Shown here: positions 14,718-26,013 of the stretch, piece by piece
Layout of the letters: each line of letters starts with the position of its first letter
Numbering within the stretch: position 1 is the first letter of the stretch
Assembly (NCBI RefSeq): GCF_009914755.1
Contig: NC_060941.1
Origin: the human T2T-CHM13v2.0 reference genome, Homo sapiens
DNA: 64,000 nucleotides
Direction: 5' to 3' (one strand)
The notes under the pieces: generated by a model
The model's input: only the letters and a program-made list of their open reading frames with translations
Database searches by the model: none
What the model was told of the DNA's origin: nothing
Translations under genes and position numbers: made by a program

Positions 14718-16179
14718 TTATTAAAGAACACACAGGATTCTTTGTCATTTGGGTCCAGCACTTGGTGCTGGCATAGTGTGACCAATAATCCTAAACATCT
14801 ACTCTTTTAACCAACACTGTCCAAATCCCAGAGAAAAGCTCCTCTATATTCCTTGCTGTGTGTCCACAAAACAAAAGAAGTTGTGTCCAAAGGCCATGCA
14901 GGTTTGTGGATTGCAACCCTGTTGACATCAGAGATGGACACTGCTTCAGAGTGCAGGGAGAATTTGAGCAGTAGAAGGGCTTGATTTAGAGGAAAGACAA
15001 ATCAACTAATTTGTCCAATAATATGATGCATTATGTAATAGGAATACTAGATTATAACATGATAAAATATCATTTCTCAACAGTGCCAACTATTCATTTT
15101 CTTGCTTCTCTTAATGTTTTAATTTGCGATTCCAGAGAAACTCTTAAATTAGTGCAAGATTTGCAAGGATTAGCTCAAAAATTATCTTATTATATTAAAC
15201 AATCCATATTATTCTTAAATTTGCATATATGTAAATAGCATGCATGATGTGTGATACTGGTGTTTATAATGCTGACTAGATAGGTCCCAAATACTAGAAT
15301 TGCAAATAATTTCATTTTTACAAAAATATTTTTAATTTGTAATTTTATTTGTATAGCTTACTCTATAATTTTGAATTCTTAAAGAAAAATGACTTTTAAA
15401 AAATATATTCAATTTATTTTTTATATCTTACATATAATTTTAGTTTTAGATGAAAATACACTCAAACTTGAATACTTTGAATACAATTACATTTTATGTT
15501 TTACTCCATTAGTCCATGCTCAATCTTCTTAGATATTTGGTCAATTCTTAGTCTTATGACAAACCATAACTTAATGCGTTTCTTATTTTGTGATTACAAA
15601 GGTCTATTTGTCAAAGTTGGGGAATAGAATATTTAAATCAAGCATCATTTTTACTATTGCTCGAGCCCTGAAAATACTAAGGGCGGATTTGCCTACAATC
15701 TTTCTCGGTAACTTGTTCTAGTGGTTGTCATTCTGTTATTTGAAATATTTTTCTTGTATCAAACAGAAGTTTTCCCTACTTTATCTTAAGCCATTTCTTC
15801 TTACATTTACAATTATACACACACACACACATTTGCATACATATGGTGAACATTATCAGATGTGTTTTATAAAACATGTCTTAATAACAATTTTCCCTGA
15901 AAATGAGTATTTAGAATTGTGTTTTTGTTCTCACATTTTTATGATTGATTTTTCAGGTCTTATCTCCCTACCGTATATAGAGGTATTTCCCTACTTCTGA
16001 AAGGTAAATGAGAACTCCATGATAGTTATTATTAATAGAATAGCATTAAAAATACACATCTGAAAAGGAAACATCATGGAAATGCTTTGGAAATACACTT
16101 TTTTTCAGGTTAAGTCTTCATTTTTCTGCAGTTAGTCTAAACTTAAATTTTGTTTGGCTTGTGTATTACTAAGTGACTG

Positions 16180-16390
16180 TGTGGAAAACAACTGAGCTTA
16201 GCTGGCTTGGAAGTTTGGGTTCTGTCTTCTAAGGATTCTGTCATGCTGGCTGGAGGCTTAGTTGCTCATCTATAAAATATAGAGCTTCTGCTTCCAACCT
16301 ACTACCTATTTCATAGACATGCAGTAATGTTTTAATGAAAAGTACTTTGAGCTCTTTGGGGGAAAGAAAAAGATGCTCTCTGTAAACAAA
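16180..16390 (+). mobile_element. Ancient MIR-family SINE (MIRc/MIR1_Amn-like)
   Basis: cttagttgctcatctataaaat core; 3' aaaagtactttgagctctttgg. Confidence 0.45.
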
Positions 16391-17729
16391 GAATTGGTAC
16401 CAAAATATTCTTTTCATTAGGTCTTTGGATCTCCTAATGAAAGTCCAGGCTACCTAATGGATGGGGATTTATAGATGGCCAGCATATCCAAGCACACTCA
16501 AACATTAAACAAACACAGATGTGCAAATGAGATTATGAAATTGCCCAACAATGGTACAGCTTGTACCTGGAAATTGATGGAAGAGACTGATTTTTCATAA
16601 CTCTAATTATTCTCACTCTCAACCATACATTGGAGACGTAAACTGTCTGAGCTTGCCATTACTGAAATGGCAATCCTTTTATAAAACTCTTAACAGTCCT
16701 CCACGGGCAAAGAAAAATTAGGAACAGATTGTCTAAAACTGGGTCTACGTTGGTCTTTGGACTTTTTTTAGAGAATTTAAAATCTCATCTAGATTGTCAC
16801 AGGTACCAAGTAGTAATCCTGAAGGACACACAGCTAGTGACTTGTAAGCCAAATTTATTAATTTTGCAATTTCCCATAGATTTCAGGAATTGCTATAGAA
16901 ACAGAGGCTTTGGGGGCATCTGAGAGCTGCCTAGGGCTTTGTTTTAGTATATAATATGCAGACACTCCCTGAAGGGTAACCCCACAATACAGACCAGAGG
17001 GCATTGATAAAGGTCCTGACTTCTAGGCTTTTATTATTTCCTCCCTCATTAAGTCTATGAGTGACACAAATGAAAGGAGACTTTAATGATGACAGTGACA
17101 CATTTTGATTTGGATTACCCTGGTGGCCTTTTCTCTCAAATTCACTAAATTCTTGCTCAACTCTCGTCTTGACTCTCACTCATACTGGCCATCTTCTGTT
17201 ACTATTTGGCAAAAGCTTTCTGCCCTAAACGTTCCTGTCTTGCACAATGGAAATGGTACTCATAAGGTCTCAATCAAAATGTCATGTGAATTATTTTACT
17301 TTTCATGAGGAAGATAAAAATAAACTAGATTGGGATTGGAAAATCCATTTCATATCATCGACCTCAAGCAGTCTTCATCTGTAGTCATTCCAGAGTGGTT
17401 TCATCTACTTTCTAACCTATCGTTGCATCTTCCTCATGGTGACTCAGGCTACCCTTCTATTGCCCAATTCTTGTTACGACTTGGGAGGTTATTGTGGTTG
17501 GTTTGTTTTTAATATCTTGCCCAATCTTTCCATTTTTTAGTTCCAGACTGTTGCGTTTAATCACTTTCAACTATCCCATTCTTTATAGAAAGACACAGTA
17601 CTGTATGTGACCTAGCTCAAGTATTTTTCGATTTCATTCTAGGGTGGGTGCCTCATACCCATGGACTCTACAGAAATTGCAAGTGGGAGATTGTTATACA
17701 ATTTCTTTTTATCCTCATAGTGACCAAGT

Positions 17730-17930
17730 TTTGGGTAATTCACAATTATCACTGCATTGATTCCTCATAATTGTCCTGTTCTGTTGGACATTAAATTCCC
17801 ATTTGGTAGATGAGGAAGCTAAAAACAAGACAGTTTAGTCAACTAACTAACCCAAGGTCATCTAATTTGTAATTGACAGTGCTAGTAACTTGAATCCAAG
17901 TTTGACTAACTCCAAAACCCATTTCTGTGT
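17730..17930 (-). mobile_element. MIR
   Basis: cccatttggtagatgaggaagct...cccaaggtcatcta...aactccaaaaccc. Confidence 0.7.
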
Positions 17931-19334
17931 ATCATATACCTGCCTCCCCATTAATCTGCCTTAATTCAGTCTTACACATATTTTCCTTTGTCCATTTCTC
18001 AAAAAGTCACACTATCAATATCAACTCCTATTTTACGTTCTAAACACAACTTTTAAATTTTCATCAGAATTCTTCCTATTATTAAATTTCATTTTGCTTA
18101 AGAGAAGTAAGCACCTGGGCTGTACATACACCACCTCTGTCTGATCCTTCTCCAGGGGTTAAGCATGCATTTGGAAGCCTACATAGCCACGTGTTGTACT
18201 GCCTTTCCTTAGATACAGTGCAACAAAAATATCAATCAAAAATGCCATGCCCACAGAAACCTTAGGACCTTTATTAAAATAAACAAGCATACTTTATTCT
18301 AAGTTCCAAGAAAAAGGTTTTAATCTTTTAGTTCAAATAAATAATGTTTTTCAATAGAGTCAGAGACTGTTTCCCATGGAGCTCTGTTAGTACATGAAGC
18401 CTTTTTAGAATGTTACATAGTTATCATTTCTTCCCACTTTCATGGTTTCTTATCAAATATACATCTTACGTATTTGACTTAGTTGTGAGAAGTTGCTCAT
18501 TTGATCAAAGCTACCCTGCTTATTGCAAATGTGGATTGGGAGGAGCTCTATAAACTGTTACCTCTTGTTCAAACTGTACTACATTTTTTTGGTAACCTAC
18601 CACCTATATGTGGGTAGTAACAGAAACACAGCGAATGATCGTAACTTTTTCCAAGTGAAATTTCACCATCAGTTTCAATCATGCAAAGTGACTGAACATG
18701 AGATAATGGTTTTCATGGTCTTAGAATTGTTTTCCACAACATATTTTACTTTAATAAAAGTCAGGATATCATTTTGAATATTTCATTCATCCATATGAGC
18801 CTGGCTTTCATCCAGGTAGCATCACACATCATTTACTTATTTAATTTTCAGTAAGCTGGTACCATAATGGTCCAACAACAACAAAAACATTGACAAAGTT
18901 ACCAAGATCTTGAAAATAATGCTTCTATCACTACCTCCAGATTTCTCTTTTTTCCCTTAATTCTTAACCGTTACTTCCTTAAATAAGTTTTCCTATTCAG
19001 TGAGCAGCTGCATAAATCATTAGAAAATGGCCAGAAATACAGAAATGCCAAAAAGCCCTCTTTTTTTTTTTTGGTCTTTATTTTAATACAATGAACACAG
19101 GTGCATCCAGTGTGGTATTTTTTATAGCAGTGGTTCTGAGCTCAAATTAAACTTCTGTCAAACCATTGAGCATCATAGAGCTTTAAAACCAAGTGGATGA
19201 AACTAGGTCTTCAGCCTCTCTGAGTTGATTAACTGCTTTCTACTACACGGGGGTTTTCTAATATTCCTGATTTTATATTACCATTTTGTGTCAGACTTAG
19301 ACTTCTAATGGAAACTTTCAATTCCAAACAGAGA

Positions 19335-19480
19335 AAATAATAGCAACAATAATAATTTATCTTTTGGCTTTCAATGTCTTTTCACATTCTTCTCACTTGA
19401 ACTTTAAAAAAATCCAGCTAGGCAAAAGGGCAAATCTTACTCTCTCCATTTTACAGAGTAAGAAATGGAACCAGAGGAAT
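19335..19480 (-). mobile_element. MIR fragment
   Basis: tctccattttacagagtaagaaatggaaccagag. Confidence 0.55.
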
Positions 19481-19584
19481 ACAACCACCCGTTAACCAAA
19501 GCTACTATTAGTCTTGCTCTCATTTGTCCTCACTCTGTGTTTCCTGGATCCAAAGCTTGATTTATTCATTTTCTTATATAGAGA

Positions 19585-19903
19585 GCCAGACTTGTAGTAA
19601 GTTACCCACCTGAACTCAGCAGTGTGGGGGGAGGAGGGAGAACTGTGAGCCCTTATTAAAAGTTAAATTATATAAATAGATGATATTAAAGACAAAGGTA
19701 AAGAATACTCAAAACTTGTCACTGAGGTTACTGATGCCTAATGTATTCATGTGGCAGAAATGCTATATGGTGGGGCACTGCCATGCAGTCAGTTGACCTC
19801 ACGTTGGTAGCTTGACATTGGCTATGATGGGAATCTTCACACCATAAAAGTTGGGAAACATTTTAAATCAGGTAATGTTAAGTGTTTACCAACACAACAC
19901 TAG
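19585..19903. mobile_element. MER63-like hAT-Blackjack DNA transposon
   Basis: ttggtagcttgacattggctatgatgggaatcttcacacc; terminal tgtttaccaacacaacactag. Confidence 0.65.
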
Positions 19904-20024
19904 GCAGGACCATGTATACCAAAGAATAGTCAAAGAAAGAGCAAAGCCTTTCTAAGCACTAATTTAGTTTGGCTGAGATGGTGAATTGGATTGAGGTGTA
20001 AACAGGGCTAGAGAGACTCTTCAC

Positions 20025-20175
20025 AGACTTAGAGGGCTCTAGAAATTAGAAAACCCTTGGAGAATACCTGACTCAACAACCAGATTTGACCAATGAGAAA
20101 ACTGAGGCCCTAGTGGTAATCTCCCCAAAACTAAACCACAAACGCATGGCAGCTAGGGCTTGAATGACACAGAAG
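20025..20175 (-). mobile_element. MIR
   Basis: aatgagaaaactgaggccc. Confidence 0.6.
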
Positions 20176-20864
20176 ATTTTCTTCTCTTTCACACATTGCA
20201 CATGAAATGTCTGAGTAATCAAAGTTACTGTCAGTCTCACTCTCTTTTTTTCTCTATGCTTCCTAGTTCCAAAGCTGGGCTTACTAATTTTCTCATATAT
20301 AGGACCAGTCTCACTGTACATCCCTAATATTGATATTGACCTAAGAAGTATTTAAATAAATGCCAGTCCCAATCCCATCCACCCCAACATAACCTGTGAG
20401 GCTTCCTAAAGTTTTCTATTTTGAATGACCCAGAATTTCCCCCATGTTATACTTCTCTCTGCTGCAGTTCTTCTATACTTTGAATTGGGCTCCTATGCCT
20501 GATGCCTCACCAGGATTCCTTACATGTTGATGTCCTTCTACTACATCTTGCAACTCTGGCACAGATCACTTGACTAAAATGAGACTGGGAATTACAATTA
20601 TTTTAGATTGAGTCATTTTCCCACCATGTTGCTCTCATCCTGTCCTCCTGCTTCTCTATCTAACACCTCCCTTCCTTTCCCTTTTCTCTCAAATCTGACC
20701 AGGTACAGAACTCCTTTTTTCTCGTCTTCTGGGCTACTACATAGCCATGCTTCACTATAACATACCAAATGTGTTCCTTACACGTCGATCTTGGCAGTAG
20801 GATATACAATCAGAATTCTCATTATTCTTGACCCAAGGAGAGAGAATTGTTGATAAAATTGGCA

Positions 20865-21483
20865 ACAACAAGGACAAACATGATTTATTTATATATTGAT
20901 TTAAGAAATATGGGAAGCCTAGCCATAAAAGGCAGTATTTTATGTACTTGGCAAAAATATGAAAAATATAATAATTGAGGGCAAAGGTGTTGCTCTAAGA
21001 ATTATTCTTAGAGGTGAAATTCAGAATAGTTATTTATGGACCTGGAGACCAAATAATAAAGGGGAAAGGAATTAGGAATTTTAGAAAAATATTGTTTTAG
21101 GCAAGAAGAAAGACACACAGAGGAGGTTAGCTGGGGTAGCAGTGTGCGAGGGGAGCAACAGAGGATGCGTATGAGCAGAGAATGAGGAAGGGCTATGAGG
21201 AACTTTGAAAGGGTGGAAACTTGGACTTTTGAAGGTAGGAATAGATTGGTGGAGAGATGTGGCTACAACAGAAGTTTGGAATGAACATTGGCAAAGAATC
21301 TCCTCATGGCGTGTTGGGAAAGATGGATGAAAGAGTAAGTGAGGTGAAAGGAAGGGAAATTGAGTCATAGTCCCCCAGTCCAAATATGCACTGCTGAAGG
21401 GAATTGAGCCAACAGCAAAGCTTAAAAAGAACTCATGACTGGATATCCTCAATGAGAGTGAAACCTCTTTCTTCCAGTTCCTG
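20865..21483 (-). ncRNA. Candidate terminal exon of an unidentified minus-strand transcript
   Basis: Minus-strand acceptor gtttatattttcaag/cag at 21481-21498; minus-strand AATAAA at 20884-20889; motif evidence only. Confidence 0.3.
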
Positions 21484-21906
21484 CTTGAAAATATAAACAA
21501 CATGCAAATTCAAATAAAAAAATTCTTCCTCTGTCACGTTGAGAAACCCTCTGTTTACTTTGTTGTTGTGACTCACTTTGAGAGTATTCTTACAAGAATG
21601 CAATTTGTAGGGATGGGCAGACCTGTAGGGGGAAAAACAAGAACCTCTCTGGAATGTTTACCCATTCTTGGGACCATAGATTTTTTTTTTTTCTACAAAG
21701 GTCTCTATTCCTTTTTAAAAGACTCAGTTTAGTTTTGGAGAGGAAAAATATCTCAGATATAACAGCATAACTGGGGTGAGGTACACAAGACTTCTAAGAA
21801 TCATTTTTTAAAGAAGCAATAGAAGATGCCCAATGATGTAAAACAAAAATCACTTTTCTTAATTCAAGTTTTACCCAAGTGGATACCAAGAGACAGGAAA
21901 ACTTAC

Positions 21907-21988
21907 AGGAATGGAATGATGGATGGTCATACTTGGACGTGCTAGCCCAGGAATGAAGAAGACTTAGACATGTTATAGTTAATTGTAG
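21907..21988 (-). ncRNA. Candidate 82-nt internal exon, minus strand
   Basis: Acceptor tctccttttcttccatttag and donor CCT|GTAAGT on the minus strand; motif evidence only. Confidence 0.35.
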
Positions 21989-23323
21989 CTAAATGGAAGA
22001 AAAGGAGACAGGGAAAGCAAGAGGTAAATACAGGTCAAATCAAATCAAAGAATCAAAGCCCTGTGCTTCAGATGAAGTATTTTAATGATACAAATTGTCT
22101 GTGTCAGGGGCTTAAATGTGTACATTTAGGGGTACTGTCTCAAAAAAAATGAGCTTTCTTCCACAAAACTAAAATCCACATGGACAATTTTGAATCGGAT
22201 GGATGAGAAAAGCAAAGTAAGTTCTCTGTAAATACACAGATGCTGTTAAAGGATTGGTGCCTTTTTTTCTTGTCTTTTTTCCTTTTTTGGAGGGTGGAGG
22301 TGGGGCTAGATAATCTTGGCTTTAGAACATTTAATCCTGACATACTTTATAAGGAGCTGCATTCAGCAAAGTCTTTTGACATTCTTAATTTGCCTATCTT
22401 TGATCTCTGGAGAGATGAATCTGAGGTTATGGTGGTTCTAAAGAAAAAAACATTAATTCAATGACACATGTGTGAGAGAGGAATGAGCTAGAAATTAGGA
22501 GAGAATATGTAGTTGGGGGGTTCAGTGGCGTTTCAGCATTTCTGGGGAGTACTGTACAGTGGGGGCTCTGTGTGAAGCCTTTGAGCCAAGTGGTTGGAGA
22601 CAAGGTAGATGGTATTTTAAAGGGCATCAGAACAATACTAATTAATCTGTTTTATTTTCACCTTCTGCTTAGGATTTTTTTTTTTCTGAAAGCACTTACA
22701 CTTAACAAAGAAAAACCTTATTTGAGGAGCAAATACACAATCTTTCCTAACTCTTTTTAGAAGCCAAATGCAATTCAAATACACCTAGTCCTTCCTAAAA
22801 TGCTTTATGTATTTTAACAAGTAAAACTAAGAAAATTGTATTTGTTAGTGCTTTATGTGAGTATGGCTGTGAAGTGTTTTCATCAAATTTGCACAGCATT
22901 TTTCTGTGACCTAATTTCACATACAGTTATGTGGCGTACAAAGAATTAACTTTAGAGACTCCCTGGGAAATACATCAAAGAGACACTGAGTCATCTTCTT
23001 GAAAAGTTTAAAGCCAAGATTGACAAGAGGCCTGGTTCAGAACAGACATGGCATTTATACTGAGGACCATGGACAGAGAACATGGTGGGTCCTCACATGG
23101 GCCCCAAATCAAGTCTCAAGAACGAAGCCTGAAATGTTGGAATTTCGGTGACAGCTGTTTCTCACTGGGCAACTTTATGATCCAGGGTAACAGCAGAGAG
23201 GGACTTACTTAAAAATAAGGATCCTTCTGTGCCTAGCAGAGAAGGCCAACTAGTATCCAGAGAAAACACTGGGAAAAACTTTGTGGTATTCAGTGGGTTA
23301 CAAGATTGCCATCTGCATATATG

Positions 23324-23350
23324 ATTTTCCTCTTCCATCTGTAGGTAAGT
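23324..23350 (+). other. Abutting 3'/5' splice-site motif (recursive-splice-site-like)
   Basis: attttcctcttccatctgtag|gtaagt. Confidence 0.35.
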
Positions 23351-23389
23351 TATGTCCCTGGAAGAAAGCAGACCTGTCTCATGTTATTA

Positions 23390-23530
23390 TTAGATTGATT
23401 TGTGTTCACAGTTTTATTTTCCCAATAAGATAGCAAGAGGCAATGCTTTCTAATTCTTTTATAATTCTTCATGGCACTTAGGATAGGGATAGGCATACAG
23501 CAGTTGTAAAATACATATTTTTGGTTAATA
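23390..23530 (+). mobile_element. L2 3'-end remnant
   Basis: ggcacttaggatagggataggcatacagcagttgtaaaatacatattt. Confidence 0.45.
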
Positions 23531-24283
23531 AGTTTAAATTGAAAAGTTGGGTAAGTGAATCAAAGATTCAGTTAATTCATGGTTCTGAAGGTTAGACCCG
23601 TAAATCTGTAAAAGTCTTTCAAATTGCTTTGATCATGCAATGAAAGTGAATTGCATTTCTTTTTCAGCAGAGTTTGTTTTGCAATCTGAATTTTTTGGAC
23701 TTTGCTTTGAAAAGGTTGAAATGAAAGGCATGGCAGTGAATCAGCAATTTAAGAAGGTTAACAATTAGTCATAACTTTAATAGATGAGACAATTACACCA
23801 TCTTTATCTTTTAAAAATAACTACATTTTTAATTAGATTTTAATCATAAAGGTCAGAGGTAGTGTAAGTTTAGAAAATCTGAAACAAAGTGTGTGTTGGC
23901 AAAACTACTTAATCTCAGATGTGTTAACTTGGCCAAATTAACTGAAACAGATGGTGAGAAGCTTTTGTTCCTTAAGTCATCAATTGCTGATTGCATGATC
24001 TTCATAATCTTTAATATTTTAAGACGCAGTCTCAGAACTCAGGTTTGTAAGTATTGCTTTCTATTTGTTTATTCCTTAAAATATTCTATAAGATCTCTGT
24101 TATTTGCTCTTGGCTTTAACAAAGTGCAATATGACCATTTAAAAAACTTGGTACCTCATTTTTGACTTTGCTTCTGTTAAACATATGACTCTCCTGCTTC
24201 TTGATGCATATTTTAGACCTTCATGAGCCATCAATTTTGAAAGTGCTAATTTCAGATGAACAATATTGACTTCAGCTGACAGT

Positions 24284-25655
24284 TGTTGCTCTGGTTACCT
24301 ATTACTGTGTAACAAATGACTCTAACACTGTGGTACAAAACAACGATCATTTTTATCATATTCATCACTTTGTGTGTCAGGAATTGCAGGATACATCTGG
24401 GATTGCTGATCTGTGCTCGATACTGATTGGGACCTCAGGTGGCATATGGCTATGGCTTTAATGGCTGGAGTTGGCTGGGATGGCTAGACTAGGATATTGG
24501 TATGGGATGGTGGTTGCCTTCCTTACTTCTTCTCTATAACACATCTGCTGTGCTGAAATGTCCACAATAGCTTTTTAACTCATGTGTCTGGAACTTGAAT
24601 TGCAATGGCTGGAAAAGGTAAAGCTGGCCAGGCATTCTTCTCTCCTCTCCTCTTCTCTACTCCCTTCCCCCTCCCCTCCCCCAGTCGCTCCCCTCCCCTG
24701 CCCTCCCTCTTCCTTCCCTTCCCTCCCCCTTCCCTCCCTTCCCCTCCTTCCTCTGTGCTCCCCTCCCCCTTCTTCCCTCCCCTCCCTCTCTTCTTCCCTC
24801 CCCTTCCCCCTCTCCTCCTCCTCCTCCTCCCCTCCCCGTTCCCTTCTGCTCTCCTCCCCTCCATTCCCTTCCCCTCCCCCTTTCCTCTTCCTTCCCCCTT
24901 CTTCCCTCCCCTCTCCTCTTACTTCCCCCTTCTTCCCTCCCCTCCCCTCCCTTCCTCTCTCCCTTCCCCCTCTTCCCTCCCCCTCTTCTCTTCCATCCCC
25001 TTCTTCACTCCCCTCTCCTCTCTCCCCTCCCCCTCTTCTCTTCCCTCCCCTCTCCTCTCTCCCCTCCCCTCCCCACTCCTCTCCCCTCCCCTTCTTCCCT
25101 TCCCTTTCCCCTCTATCCTCCCCTCCCTTCTACCTTCTCCCCTCCCCTCCCTTCTACTCTCTCCCCTCCACTCCCCTCCCCATCCTTACGCCTTTCCTCC
25201 CCCTCTCATCTCCCCTCTCCCCTTTCCTCCCCTCCCCTCCCCTCTCTCTTCCTCTCCCTTCTCCCCTCCCTGCTCCCCTCCTGCCCCTCCACAATCCCCT
25301 TCCCTCTCCTCCTCTGTCTCTCTCTCTTTGCATGTGACTTTTTCACATGACTAGCTTCCTCACAGCATGGTGGTTTCAGGGAAGTCAGATTTCTTGCATG
25401 GCAGCTGGCTTCTCCCAGAAGAAGCTTTCCCATAGAGGGAGCATGAAAAGGCCCAGGTGAAACTGCAAGACTTCTTGTGACCTGGTCTTGGAAGTCCTGG
25501 GATGTCACTTCTACCATATTCTATTGGTCAAACAAGTCACTAAGGCCAGACCAGATTCAAGGAGATGGAAGGAATGAGCTTGACGGGATGTGGCACATAT
25601 GTACAGGGAGGAAAGGAATTAATTGATGGTGACCATTTAGGAGACAATCTACCAA
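24284..25655 (-). mobile_element. MLT1G/H-like LTR split by a polypyrimidine expansion
   Basis: ttacctattactgtgtaacaaa start; gcttcctcacagcatgg; tcacttctaccatattctattggtcaaacaagtcac. Confidence 0.7.
24635..25329. repeat. ~695-bp C/T-rich low-complexity tract (CCCCT/CCT/CTT units)
   Basis: Almost pure pyrimidine on plus; source of the spurious Pro/Ser/Leu and Gly/Arg/Glu ORFs. Confidence 0.97.
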
Positions 25656-25721
25656 ATTGCCTTTTTGTTTTATGAACTAGATTTCTGTAACAGAACCCTT
25701 GTCCTCACCCTCAGGGCTCTC

Positions 25722-26013
25722 TTTTTTTTTTGAGACAAGGTCTCACTCTGTTGTTCAGGCTGAAGTGCAGTGGCACCACCTCAGCTCACTGCAGCCTTGA
25801 CCTCCTAAGTTCAAGGAATCCCCCTGCCTCAGCCCCTCAAATAGGTAAGACTATAGGCATGCACCACCATGCCCAGCTAATTTTTGTACTTTTATTACAG
25901 ACAGGGTTTTGCCATGTTGTTCAGGCTCATCTGGAACTCCTGAGCTCAAGTGATCTGCCCATACTGGCCTGCCAAAGTGCTAGGATTGCAGGCGTGAGCC
26001 ACTGTGCCTGGCC
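25722..26013 (-). mobile_element. AluJ (Jb-like)
   Basis: Antisense dimer with ctcctgagctcaagtgatc and cagccttgacctcc. Confidence 0.9.

Noticed and set aside
14605-15691. Possible hAT-Tip100-type remnant ending aagggcggatttg
   Set aside because: No matching opposite terminus or TSD found; needs a Dfam search
24580-25354. 251-aa, 249-aa and 94-aa ORFs
   Set aside because: Stop-free only because the tract is almost pure C/T; low-complexity artefacts
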